Assembly: GCA_010909165.1 (NCBI GenBank)
Contig: MU008198.1
Coordinates: 124,001 to 188,000 of the forward strand
Direction of reading: 5' to 3'
DNA from: Anthoceros angustus
Taxonomy: Eukaryota > Plantae > Anthocerotophyta
Length of the DNA: 64,000 nt
Shown: positions 25,201-37,400 of the stretch, one piece after another
How the letters are laid out: each line of letters begins with the position of its first letter
How positions within the stretch are numbered: the first letter of the stretch is position 1
Position numbers and translations under genes: made by a program
The notes under the pieces: model-generated
Databases searched by the model: none
Seen by the model: the letters and a program-made list of their open reading frames with translations, nothing else
What the model was told of the DNA's origin: nothing

Positions 25201-28200
25201 TGTTTCTTCTTGGTAAGTTGATTTGCCCCCTCAGTGCTCCACCACCCGACTCACCACCTCCACACACCTTGTTCACGCCCTCTATCAGTGTCGTCACTCC
25301 ATCCCAGTCAGCGGCCTCCACCCTCCCATACATGAAATCTGCCTGGCGGTCCTCGGGAACACCTCCACCTTTTTTTCCATTATTTGCTTGCCCACGGCCT
25401 GACGGCCCTCGTTGCCTGCCTCCATTGCCCCAATCCGGGCATGCGCCTACCAACCCTAGGCAATCGTGGTGTCGCGGGCACCATAATATAAATCCACCTT
25501 GTCACTCGGTTCCCCTCATTGCCTCCCTCCACACATGCTTCCTCAAGGCTAGCAGCCTCGGCCCGTCTCCACTTCCACGCTCCTTGTTCTTTAGTCGCCT
25601 TTCCCCCATTCAAAGTCCCGTTGTCCCTCGCCCCTCGGCCTCCTTCACTTCCCAAGCCCCTTGCGCCATGCATTCTTGATAGCCTCTCGTCGTCCATGTC
25701 ACCACCTCGTACCTTTGTGGAAGACCACATATACACTAGCCCCTCTACGAGTGTCGGGATGAGCGATTTTTTGTTTGGGAGTGTTGTATAGCAAAGTGCT
25801 TTGAGAATCGCTGGTAAGGTCTTTTATACGAATGGTCCTTGGCCTTGGGATAATAATTTTCTTTTGAACCTTAGGTTTTCGACCCGGATAGGTAGGTCGG
25901 AGATAGAGTCCTTGGGTTTTGGTGATTTTAGAAATAAGAAAGTGTCTATATATGTTAGGGGTGCCTACACACCGATGCCTTGATCAAGCGGGGAGGTAGC
26001 AGTTCCACCAGTGGCGAAAAAGCAGGGGCGTCACGACCCGAGAGTTACAACCCTAGTGGCGCAGGCAGATCGGGCCCGAGCGGACACACCCAGTAGCACC
26101 GGTGCATTTCCGGGCAGGCGTCGGAGGCGGGCTGCAAGCTGGTAGTAGCGCGCCGCTGCGCTGGCGAACTCTGTTTCATGCGGAGTGGACAGCGTCGATC
26201 GGTAGCCGGTGTGGCGGAGAAGAAGAACCGGCCTGGCAGTAGCGAGGAGGAAAAGAGCGGCAGGCGCCAGCGCAGCGAAGTGGAGGCGAGGTGGTGTCCC
26301 TTTTTACCGACCAGGCGTTTGCGGGAGGTGTTGGGTTCTTTTCACAGAAACAAGGAGAAGGATGCGCGCAAAATTTCCATGTACGTTGGCCAACATGGAC
26401 CCTTTGGAAGGTGAGAGCAGGCGACTGGTCACGAGGCTGGATGCGGAATTTATGGAGAAGAAATGGTGTTCTGACGATGGCATTGTGGTGCAGGTGGCGA
26501 TTGAGAACAAGTTGCAAGAGGAGGCGAGGAAGAGGCCATGGCGGGATTTGGGACTCTTTCGAGGCGGTGTAGGCGAAGCATCGGAGGATGGAAGCTTATT
26601 GGTGATCCCAGGAGAAGAGACCACGAGGCTGCGTGACTCGCTCATGAAACTGGAGAAGTGAGTGAACAATGGATGGGTGACTTAGCTTCGTGTCTGCTTG
26701 GTGGTGGGATTAGCCAAGTGGATTTTGTGTTTCTGCGAGGAATCGGAGTTGGATCATATGGACCACTTGGTCTTTCTTCATGAGGTGGTTAAAGGTACTC
26801 AAATCGATTGAGGCGGATGATCTTTGAAAGAGCACGAGGAGAGGCGGTTGCTCTCCCTTCCTCCACCTCCTTGATTTCACCTTTTCTAATTCATGTGTTC
26901 GCGCGTTAATTGTGTGTCGCGAGGTAAGCAGAATTCATATAAGCACTTCGCAAACTAACCAAGCAAATCTAATACTGCGGTATATAGGTTACATCCCCCT
27001 TGGTTGGTTGGCCTTAAAAGGCCTTAAAACAAGGAGGAATGCTCGCGCGTCGTGGCACAAACACACTCCCGCAACGCATGAGTCCTCATCGCGGCTCTGG
27101 TCATGGCTTTGGCCTCCTCCATTATTGCATCTAGGACAGCTATGATCCTGACTTAATCCTCAATGGAAGGGTCTATATATACTAGACCACGGCATATATT
27201 CCTAAGATATCCTATTGGCATCGTATGCCGGAAATATCCTAAGAATACACTATAATATGCAAGGAATATGCCAAAGCATATTAGAGCTTATCCACTTAGC
27301 TATTGTATCCTAAGAATACACTATAATATGCAAGGAATATGCCAAAGCATATTACTTGAGCTTATCCACTTAGCTATTGCTAACCATGTTTAATTAACAC
27401 TAATCAATGCTTAATTAACATAAGCACATTAGATTAATTAACACTAATCAGCTTAATTAACATAAGCACTTTAGATTAATTAACACTAATTACTTACTTA
27501 AAGATAAGTAATTAGATTAATTAATGCTAATCAAACACTAAACCCAAGTGCAGATTAGTATCACACGGCATGACACCGCCGCACGAGGTAAGCACTTGAA
27601 TTCATAAGCACTTCGACCAACAACCAAGCAAACAAATCTAATACGCATATATAGGTGCAACCAATCCCCCTCGATAATGTGAGACTCTAAGTCAAAACAT
27701 TATCATTAGTAGGACTACACACGACGCACCTCATGTAGCGCATTGTGCACAAAACCAATCTCCTTCGGAATGTCGCCCGAGGTTATGAACCTTGTCCATG
27801 AGTGGAGGCTTGTCTTGACATCCTTATGGGCCCGCTATGTGGACTACTCCCCACCCGCTTGCTCGCCATTTTCTTCTTGCCTTCATCGAGCCTGTGCCTC
27901 CCGCAAACACGTTCATTCTTGATTAGTTCTATGTGGAACTTCCCTTTGGTGTACTTCCCCATCTCCGCAAGCGTGAAAGCAAACACATGTCGCGATGCCT
28001 CCAACAACTCCTTTAGCCGACGCTGATTGCTCTTCAACTCGACGCTAACCACTCATGTGGCGTGGCTCGATGGCTTGCACGCTTCCTCTACGTGCTCGCC
28101 TCCTTGCCTCCAAACTCGCCTTCTCCTGTTGAGATCAGTCTTGAATATCCTTCACCCACCGAACCCGCCGCTCAACCCCGCCTTCTTTGTTTCGTTGGTA

Positions 28201-28204
28201 GCGA

Positions 28205-29100
28205 CCCGCTAAACAACCAGTCATCATGTTCACGCCAATGCTTGCCCAAGCAATCGACACTGCCTTCTGGCCACTCCTGTCTCGTGGCGTGTCTTGATCA
28301 AATCCATGGCCAACTCCTCTGTGGTTGGCTCTCTCCCCATGTCCGTCCACCACAACGCCGGGCCATGGTTCCAAGGCGTAAGACTTGGACTTAGACACAA
28401 AGGTTGGCCAAGCCGCCATGGGGTGTCCAGCGTGTTCACAGGAAGTGCGGCAGCTTGTCACCTTGATGACTTGTTGGGCATGCCTTCCGATGCTAGCACA
28501 TCCTTGACAACATGATTAGGTCGCTTGGTGAACGACCTGACACTTCAAATGTTCCAAGGGAGCAAGGTTAGTCCACATGGACCTCAACCTATGAGCCCTC
28601 GAACCAAATTGAGCGCATCCAATAGAAGCTCGACCCAACACTCCTCGGATCGTGGCAAAGTCCTCCGAACTTGCTTCTTCACGCTCATGCCGGCACATTC
28701 TCCAACATGTATCCACAAGGCCTTTCTTGCCCTTTCTGGATCAAGCGCAAGATCCTCATCAGTCATAGAACAATGCCGTTCGTGGATCCTTCGACCTTGA
28801 CCCTTGCCCGCAGAGGATAGTCCTTGACACTCCCAACCCCGCGATGACAAGGTCCACCGGCTTGCCCAAGACAACTCAAATGGGACAACCCTATCATGCG
28901 AACATCCATCGGCAGCGCCTGTAACCCTTCACCGACTCCCACGCCGAGGTTAGGTACTCCCCATCAAGTCTCTTACGCTCGTGACACAATCCTTGCTTTT
29001 GGATCCGGGTCACAATGCACGATCTTCGCACTTTGATGCCACACTTTAGCACCGCCCAAGCCGATCGATGCCTCCAAAGAGTTCCACGAGCACTATGCCG
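28205..29100 (-). pseudogene. DNMT3-like methyltransferase domain (copy R2, frameshifted)
   Basis: GWECQGLSSAGKGQG in ORF 28584..28874; AQFGSRAHRLRSMWTNL in ORF 28516..28716; CRLLGQA in ORF 28230..28439. Confidence 0.85.
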
Positions 29101-30429
29101 CCTTCCGAGGTCGCCATGTGATGACCGGTGTTTAGGTCACAAACAGCTCAACCCTAGGCAAGAACCATGAGCTCCGGCTCATAGGGCACCGGTCCTCTTG
29201 CACCATCCTCCATGCTTTTGCACGGCTCATTGCTGCATCACCAGCTCCCGAGTGACTTGAAGAACCTCCTCCGAGGGTGGTTGCAACCCTAGCTTGTTTT
29301 CCTCCTCCTCGCCGAAATCCTCCATCAGTCGATTGCGGTTGTTAGACACACGCCAAGAGGTTCAAGCACGTATGGCGTGTCCTTCACTACGGCGCCAAAC
29401 CGGGTGAGCTGTTGGCAATGAGGTTCTCATGATCCTTGCCATGCATGCAGAGGGATGCGGGCAATCCGCTCATCGGTTTTGCTCCAGCTTCTCCAGCCCG
29501 GTCGATAGTAGACTGCCTCCCACAAATCCACCATGACTCTGGTTTGTACAAAGCGCCCGCCAAGAAGACATCAAAAGTGTCTCGCATCTGACCAAGCAGT
29601 ACCTCGACAAAGGTGAAGTCTGCTGTTCTTGGTTTGAATGAAACCTTCAGCTTGTACCTTGTCACCCCAACACATGCTCCGTGGTCCCACATGTCCGGAT
29701 CTTCCACTTGGTTTCCTTCAACCTTTCTTGGTGGAGACCCAACGCTTCCTTCACTCTTCTTCCAACGATCACCGTGCTCCGGTGTCAATCAACACCTCCT
29801 TGGTGCGAATCCATTGATTTCAATGTGCCTCTCCGATTGTTGACCAAAGCCACTCCCACTGCAAAGATTCCGCCTCCACGAGATGCTTGGCCCGAGGTCA
29901 AGAATGACATCATTGCCAATTGTGGCACATTGTCGACACTTGCTTCGCCTTCAAGGGTTGTCAACATCCGCCGAGTCAAACCCGACTTCCTTCACGCCAA
30001 CCCCATGTCTTGTAGGTGAAACATGGCATCTCAAGCTTTTGTGCCATCGCTCCGCCAAGAATCTGTGCATGGGTTTCTCCACATCGCCCACTGACTTTGA
30101 TGTTGCTCGCTGTTCTGGCAATGGCTCAAACGACTTTGGCATCTTGGCATAGGTTCGGAAGAGGATCCAAGCTTCCTTCCGTGTCTTCCGTGACCGGTGT
30201 CAAGACATCCTCTTCTTCCTCGAGCTATCTTCTCTCGTAGCTGCCAGAGGTTTCTTCCTGCCCTTGATCCGGTCACCGCCATGTATCCAAGCTTGTGCTC
30301 ATCTTCTTCGTCCTCGATGATGAAGCCGCTCTCCTTGATCTTCGCCCGCACCAACTTCTCCAGCTTTGCAAGTGCCACGAGCTGCCCATCGCCTTCTTTG
30401 ATGCTTCCCGCTTTCTTTTGTCCACGGAC

Positions 30430-33400
30430 TTCGCCGGCCTCCACGGCGCCTTTGCTCTTCACGATTTTGTGGATGAGGTTGGCGAGATGCATTGGCGGGG
30501 TTGCTCGATAACCCGTAGGCCGCAATTCCGGATGCTTCTCCCAACATGCCGCTTCATTGTGCCTGCACCTCCCACACCTAGGGCATGGCTCCTCACCCTT
30601 GACTCCTCCGAATGCATGCTCGCACTCATGAGGGAATGGTCCGTCCTCGGCACCTCACGCAGGGCTCGCCACTTGGGCTGTGGGCTGGCTTGTCTCGCCG
30701 AGCTCCTCCACTGACCTCCGCTTGGCCATGTCGCCCACCACTCCTACTTGTGTTGGAGTAATCACTTGCAACAAAGACGAGAAAGTGTCGCGGCCCTATC
30801 TTGTCGCCCATCTCGTACACTTCCTTGAGGGTGTAGTGTTGCCCCTTCGTGTGCACCGCTTGTTGCACCTTCATGCAGCATATGGCAATGCCTGCAAGTA
30901 TTCGCAGCCAGGTCACTCATGATCTTGGTGTCACGCATCAACCGGTCGATTCTTCGATAAGCCATCTTCAGCCTCACCGACTTCATCTTGAAGTGTGTCA
31001 CCGAGATCTTCTCATCCGTGCTTGGAAACTCCAGGAAGATGTCAACATCTCTTCGATGGGATCGTGCCCGTGCACCGCCTCCGCGACCGGGTTCCTTCGG
31101 AGCTTGAACTGCTACTCACCGGTCCTCCTGTGCGCCAACAGCCTCGCCTTGTGCTCGATAACGCCAATGCTTCATCCCCAAGTACTGATTTGGATGAAGC
31201 CGTATCGCTGTATCCGGTCTTCAATTCCATCTCCGCACACCGCACTGCATTTCGATGAAGTCCTCCAGCGCAGGCTCCCGTGAACAACTCCATTCGATCC
31301 TTGTCTCCTCCCATCTTGACGACTCCAAGAGACAAGTCCTCCTCATTGCCGCTCACCGAGTTGTCCCGAAAGACTAACGTGTCTTGTGTGTTGCCACTCA
31401 GATCCTTCAAAGATTGTTGATTGTGTCGCTGGGTTCCTCCGCGTCCTTCGGTACCAAAATCGAGTGTGCACTTCTCCTCTCTTGGTCGGGACTTGAATCC
31501 TCGATGGACTTGCTGGTTGGTAGCTCCGTCCGGATCGAGTGTCCAGCATGCACTCCAGGCGGTTAGTGGCTAGATCAAACCCTTAATCAAGGTTAACACA
31601 CCCGCTATCTTAGATCGTGATTAGTGAAACCTCTAAGTATCTATGCATGTTAAAATCGCATACAAATACTCTGCAGGCTATATCAAAAATGTGAGCTGGG
31701 TGAGTTGGATAGCAAAGGCATAGGAACTCCAGAGTTAAGCACCCGTGGGGTGGATCAGTACCTGGATGGGGTGCACAACTAGGACTTTTGGACAGAAAGT
31801 GAAATCAAATGGACTGATGACATACCCATGTCTATCCGCTTCCCCTTATCCCTTGAATCCGGGCCCAAGAGTAAAATACTCTTGTTTCTCCCTTGGTTGG
31901 TTGGCCTTAAAAGGCCAGCCCCTGTGGAGGCCTCATTCCTCTCCTTGGTAGGGGCTTCTTCGCCTCCTCCACGGCGCCTTTGCTCTTCGATTTTGTGGAT
32001 GAGGTTGGCAGATGCATTGGCGGGGTTGCTGCTCGATAACGTAGGCCGCAATTCGGATGCTTCTCCCAACATGCCGCTTCATTGTGCCGTACCTCCACAC
32101 CTAGGGCATGGCTCCTCACCCTTGACTCCTCCGAATGCATGCTCGCACTCATGAGGGAATGGTCCGTCCTCGGCACCTCACGCAGGGCTCGTCACTTGGG
32201 CTGTGGGGTGGCTTGTCTCGCCGAGCTCCTCCCACCTCCGTCGGTCATGTCGTCCACCACTCCTACTTGTTGGAGTAATCACTTAGACCACGAGAAAGTG
32301 TCGGCCCTATCTTGTCGACCATCTCGTACACACTTGAGGGTGTAGTGTTGCCCCGCCGTCTTGTGCACCGCTTGTTGCACCTTCATGCGCGTGCATATGG
32401 CAATGCCTGCAAGTACTTCTCTGACCGGTCGGTCACTCATGATCTTGGTGTCACGTACCAACTGGTCGATTCTTGATAAGCCATCTTGGTCTCGCTGACT
32501 TCATCTTGAAGTGTGTCATCGGAGATCTTCTCATCCGTGCTTGCGAAACTCCAGTAGGAAGATGTCAAACATCTCTTGATGGGATCGTGCCCACTCGGTG
32601 CCGCTCTCTGCCTGGTTCCTTAGCTTGAGCGCTACTCACTGGTCCTCCATGCGCTCAACACTCGCCTTGTGCTCGCGATAGCCAATGCTTCATCCCCAAG
32701 TACTTGGCATTTGGATGAAGCCGTATCTTCGTGTATCCGGTCTTCAATTCCATCTCCGCACACCGCACGTACTTCTCGATGAAGTCCTCCGTGGCAAGGT
32801 GCCGCTCGTGAACAACTCCATTCGATCCTTGTCTCCTCCCATCTTGGACTCCAAGAGACAAGTCCTCCTCATTGCCGCTCACCGAGTTGTCGGCACTAAC
32901 GTGTCTTGTGTGTTGCCACTCACGGATCCTTCAAAGATTGTTGATTGTGTCATGGGTTCCTCCGCGTCCTTGTGGTACCAAAATCGAGTGGCACTTCTCC
33001 CTCTTGGTCGGGACTTGAATTCGCTCGATGGACTTGGTTGGTAGCTCCGTCCGGATCGAGTGTGTCCAGCATGCACTCCAGGCGGTTAGTGGCTAGATCA
33101 AACCCTTAATCAAGGTTAACACACCCCGCTATCTTAGATCGTGATTAGTGAAACCTCTAAGTATCTATGCATGTTAAAATCGCATACAAATACTCTGCAG
33201 GCTATGTATAAAAATGTGAGCTGGGTGAGTTGGATAGCAAAGGCATAGGAACTCCAGAGTTAAGCACCCGTGGGGTGGATCAGTACCTGGATGGGGTGCC
33301 GGCTAACTAGGACTTTTGGACAGAAAGTGAAATCAAATGGACTGATGACATACCCATGTCTATCCGCTTCTCCCTTATCCCTTGGAATCCGGGGCCCAAG

Positions 33401-33495
33401 AGTAAAATACTCTTGTTTCTCCCTTGGTTGGTTGGCCTTAAAAGGCCAGCCCCCTTGTGGAGGCCTCATTCCTCTCCTTGGTATGGGCTTCTTCG
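30430..33495. repeat. ~1.5-kb direct tandem duplication inside R2 (~30430-31960 vs ~31960-33495)
   Basis: ggttagtggctagatcaaaccc occurs at 31561 and ~33084. The gag and leader are repeated, and the junction at ~31955-31970 uses cttcgcc..cctcc microhomology. Confidence 0.9.
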
Positions 33496-33690
33496 CCTTC
33501 TTCGCCTCCTCTCCTTGGCCTTGGGCTTTGCCTCCTCTCCTTGGCCTTGGGCTTCTTCTCCTCTCTCCTTGGCCTTGGACTTGGGCTTCTTCGCCTCTCT
33601 CCTTGGCCTTGGACTTGGGCTTGCCTCCTCTCCTTGGCCTTGGGCTTGGGCTTCTCCTCCTCCTTGGCCTTGGGCTTGGGCTTCCCTCTC
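33470..33690. repeat. Pyrimidine-rich tandem repeat (ctctccttggccttgg[ga]cttgggctt, ~24-36-bp units) in the retroelement leader
   Basis: About 6-7 visible units. The - strand translates to KPKAKER-type repeats. Confidence 0.85.
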
Positions 33691-33749
33691 TGGGCCTCAA
33701 GCCTTGGGCACACTTCAGAGAGTCCCTTGCCTACTTGCTTAAAGAGCGG

Positions 33750-33880
33750 CCTCGCCTAGCACGGCCTAGCATCGCTAGCATCGCCTAGCATCGCCTAGCA
33801 CCTAGCATCGCCTAGCATCGCCTAGCATCGCCTAGCACGCCTAGCATCGCCTAGCATCACACTAAGCCTAGCACGGCCTA
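33750..33880. repeat. 10-bp tandem repeat (gcctagcatc)n, about 12 copies, just inside the 5' terminal repeat
   Basis: Directly visible array. Confidence 0.92.
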
Positions 33881-33908
33881 TCTAGTGTACACACACGAGA
33901 TCATAGCT

Positions 33909-34472
33909 TGTAACAGGAGGGAGTAGCTCGCACGCCGCACAAACACACCTCCCACGAACAACACGCAAATTCCTCACACATCGCCTCGAGTCATAGCTTT
34001 GGCCTCCTCACAACGCTCCAGATATCTAGAGGACAAGCTATGATCCGAGCTTGTCCTCAATGGAAGGGTCTATATATACTAGACTCGCATCGGCATATTC
34101 CTAAGATATCCTATTGGCATCAAAGATAAATATCCTAAGAATACACTATAATATGCAATATGCCAAAGCATATTACTTGAGCTTATCCACTTAGCTATTG
34201 TATCCTAAGAATACACTATAATATGCAAGGAATATGCCAAAGCATATTACTTGAGCTTATCCACTTAGCTATTGCTAACCATGTTTAATTAACACTAATC
34301 AATGCTTAATATAAGCACATTAGATTAATTAACACTAATCAACGCTTAATTAACATAAGCACTTTAGATTAATTAACACTAATTACTTACTTAAAGATAA
34401 GTAATTAGATTAATTAATGCTAATCAAACACTAAACCCAAGTGCAGAGATTAGTATCACACTCAAGATGACA
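33909..34472 (-). repeat. 5' LTR-like unit A1 of R2 (TGTCAT...GTTACA) with TATA-like box
   Basis: Matches 5113-5670, 27028-27575 and 44318-44896. Has TG...CA ends and ggtctatatatactagac at ~34067-34085. Confidence 0.85.
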
Positions 34473-37400
34473 GTCTAACCCGAGTTGGAAGTCGTAACTC
34501 GCCCTTCATAGCCGAAAACCGCCAGGGAACCCAAGGTAGAGGAGGAGGAGTGTAAGGAAGATTCCGGAAGGATTCCAAAGAAGCTTGGGAATGCGCTCCT
34601 AGAAGATCTGGACGAAGGTGGGGAGGTTTCCAAGGGCAAGAAGTGAGGGCGGCCGAACGGGGTCGGCGAAGAAGGGAAGGACACAAGGGCAGAAGAGGAA
34701 CCCACAGCCACACCTAGGGTCACCAGTCGAAACCCAGCAGGAACGCGAGTGAAGGAGGAGAAAATAAAGGGAACGACAAGTTGTGCCTCTGTGTGGGAGG
34801 AGTCCGCTAGGAGAGATTGGAGCGGATGAGGAGATTGTGGCAAACCAACCCCTAGAAGAAGAGGGGTTAGTTCGATAGCCAAGTCCGCGCGGAGCTCTAA
34901 CATTTTGGCGACATTTCACCGATCCCTACCAAGTGGAGGCGGTGACACCAAGGCAGAATTGTTGTGGAAGGGAATGGGCACGGACAGCCCACCTGAATCC
35001 AGCTTGACTGCCATGGCTCGACGCAGCGGATCTCCTCGACCAGCCGCATGGCTCTCACCGGCCGAGTGTGTGGCCAATGTGAAAAGTTGCTCAAGGAGAA
35101 GTTGGAGAGCCCGAAGGCTAGAACAAGAGGAGCGCAGACGGAATGCGAGGCGGCCTATGCAAGGCATGGAGCTAAAGGCCATGTCCACCCAACAGAGGCC
35201 TTAGTGAATCAGTCAAGGGGCGATGCCACAATCGAGGAGCTTCAAGATGAGGTCTCATGAGCCTGTGAACAAATGGAAACAATGGCGCCTCTGGAGAAAT
35301 TCAAGAAGGCGGAGAGATAGCGAGAGAGAGATGAAGCTAGGGCCGAGTCAGAGAGGTGGCCAAGCAGAAGAAGGCGAGCCACGGCAACGCGATGGCGAAG
35401 CCACCACCAGTGGAAACTACCACCACGGTGGCTAACGCACCGTCGCGGAAGGAGGAACCGAGGTGGGGAAGTCAAGCAGGGCTGCGGTGGGGATCGATCC
35501 CACAGGATTCGAAGGCGGCCGGCTCGGGATTGTCCACAGGAGGAGAGGTAAGAACCTCATGGTCGAAGGCGTATTGTGCTCTGGCGTCGGATGAGGATGC
35601 TCATGTCACAGCACTGCATGGTGGCGGGTGCTCACTCTAAATGTGTATGTGGTTGTTGGGGCGGGAGAGAAACTATTGTGCACATCTTGGCCGCCAGGCG
35701 TTTACGATGGTTCTTCGAGCAGGGCGGGGCCTACCCCCAAGTGGTGATCGAGGAAATGGCGGCGGAGCTTGAGGCGTGGAGGGAGGAGCACGGTGTGGGC
35801 TGTCCGGCGATGAGGCGGAATAACGAGGCCTAGGGCCTATAGGCAGCGCCCATGGGAAGGCAGAAAGCTGGGCGGTGGCAGTGGAGGTTTTGGGGAGAAT
35901 CGCTCGGATCGGGCGTGGCGGGAGGCAGGCGGAGAACCACCCCTTGAGGCTAGGCAACCGTGACCTTGGCCGATTTTAGGAGGCCGCGACATCATAGGCG
36001 GAGGCTTCTTTTGGGGTAGGGGATAGGATGTTTTGAGGACCCATGGCTGTAGTTTCTGAATTGGTAGGGCGCTCGTGGTAGTGGGCCATATTTTCTGAAC
36101 CTTTGGTAGGAGTGGTGGAAATCCACGGTGAATGTATAAGAGACCCTTGAGAGTCTCTCTCAGACAATTTCGGTGTGAACTTCCGTGTGTTGAAGCTATG
36201 CGAGGTTGATTGGAGGCGTCGATCGGCATCAAACTCGTTCGATGCACCGCCTTCAAGGCGGGAAGATCCTGGATGGTCGAGGCGGGTGGCCAAGCTCCAC
36301 GGGGTGTGGAAGGTGGTGGCGTGGGAAAAGAGGTAGGAATTGCAGCGGAAGGCGGTGAGCTGGGAAGGCGGATCGCCCAAGCCGGGGTTTTCTTTCTGAT
36401 CCTCTTTCCCGCACCACCGGTGTTTATTCCACTAGAGGGGTGTGTGGCCCAAGGAGTGCATGTGGCCCAAGGAGGGTCTGTGTGGGAGAGGCGAAGAGTG
36501 CATTAGGAAGAAAGGTTCAGAAGGGTAGATGAGTGTGTGAGGGATTGTGAGTGTGTGAGGGAAAATCGAGTCGTGGTGGAAGGCGTGCGGTGGGATCGCG
36601 AAATTCCTAGAGGTAGAGTGAGGTGTATATAGGTGTTTATGTGCCATGCCCCAAGGTCTGCGCCCGAAGCCGGTGACAAATAGACCCCATGACAGCGGCG
36701 CTGTGTGTGGGACCCATGGCCCATTTGTGGTGGTAGATCTCTACGGTGGTGGGTTTGGGTAGGTAGCTGGAGAAGGTGGGGTGATGACGGGTAGGTCCAG
36801 AATCCATAGATTCAGAACACCTTGACACAAAACTATTCCCTTGGGATCGAATCCTAGGACTATAACGACATAGAGGGTAAATGTGGCCTCTTTGCGTCTT
36901 CGGATGCAAAAACCCATTCCACATGCACCATCGTTGCCTCCCACCCCTTCCTTCCGTCGTCTTAGAAAGGCCACCATATTAGGATCCATCTTCAATTCAA
37001 AGTCGTTAAGCAAAATGGTCATTTCCCTTGTTCTTCTTGCAATAGCCTGAACCTCTAGGGTCTTTTCATACACTCCCTATCTTACCTGCTGAAGGAACTC
37101 AGGCACAGAACCCCCACTATCGCCCCTTTCACGATTTCCACCCGGCCCCTTTCACGATTTCCACTTTCCCTTCTAGCAATCGCTGCCACCGCCCGTCCCT
37201 CGAAAGGTTGCCTCCCTTGTCTCCAAGCTTGAACGCCTGCCAGCATGCCAGGTGCACCTGTGTTACCCGTTTGTCCACCATGCCCACTCATCGCTGCAAA
37301 CTTGAGCGTGTGCACACTTTGCCGTCACTTGCCGTTAGCGTGCGAAACCCACCTCATCCAATGTAAATAGCTCTTCATCTATTTCCTTCACTTCCGACGC

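Larger units (their letters stand above)
1093..31650. repeat. Giant inverted duplication: arm ~1093-16549 mirrors arm ~16626-31650, with a ~75-nt spacer
   Basis: Mirror ORFs 13454..13807(-)/19436..19789(+) and 12105..12332(-)/20912..21139(+) have coordinate sums of about 33244. Retroelement, CACTA and intervening blocks occur in mirrored order. The turn lies at ttgacc(16545-16549)...ggtcac(16627-16632). Confidence 0.95.
26915..34472 (-). mobile_element. DNMT3-carrying Ty3/Gypsy-like retroelement, copy R2 with both ends (A1 33909-34472; B1 ~27576-27663; A2 ~27028-27575; B2 26915-~26993) and an internal 1.5-kb duplication
   Basis: Begins tgtcatcttgagtgtgatactaatc (34472, - strand) and ends cttacctcgcgaca (26915). 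Contains gag CCHC (~30545-30590), VLIDTGA (29795-29775), DNMT motifs (~28205-29100) and the pre-RT linker (ORF 27783..28052). Confidence 0.85.

Noticed and set aside
1-31650. Palindromes as hairpin telomeres of a linear virus or plasmid, or as a dedicated hairpin-RNA locus
   Set aside because: The content is ordinary nested nuclear TEs, and both turns coincide with microhomologies inside a retroelement. An artefact or rearrangement is the simpler explanation until reads show otherwise.
33880-33908. tRNA primer-binding site after the 5' terminal repeat
   Set aside because: It reads agctatgatctcg..., with no TGG start and no match to the tRNA-iMet PBS tggtatcagagc.
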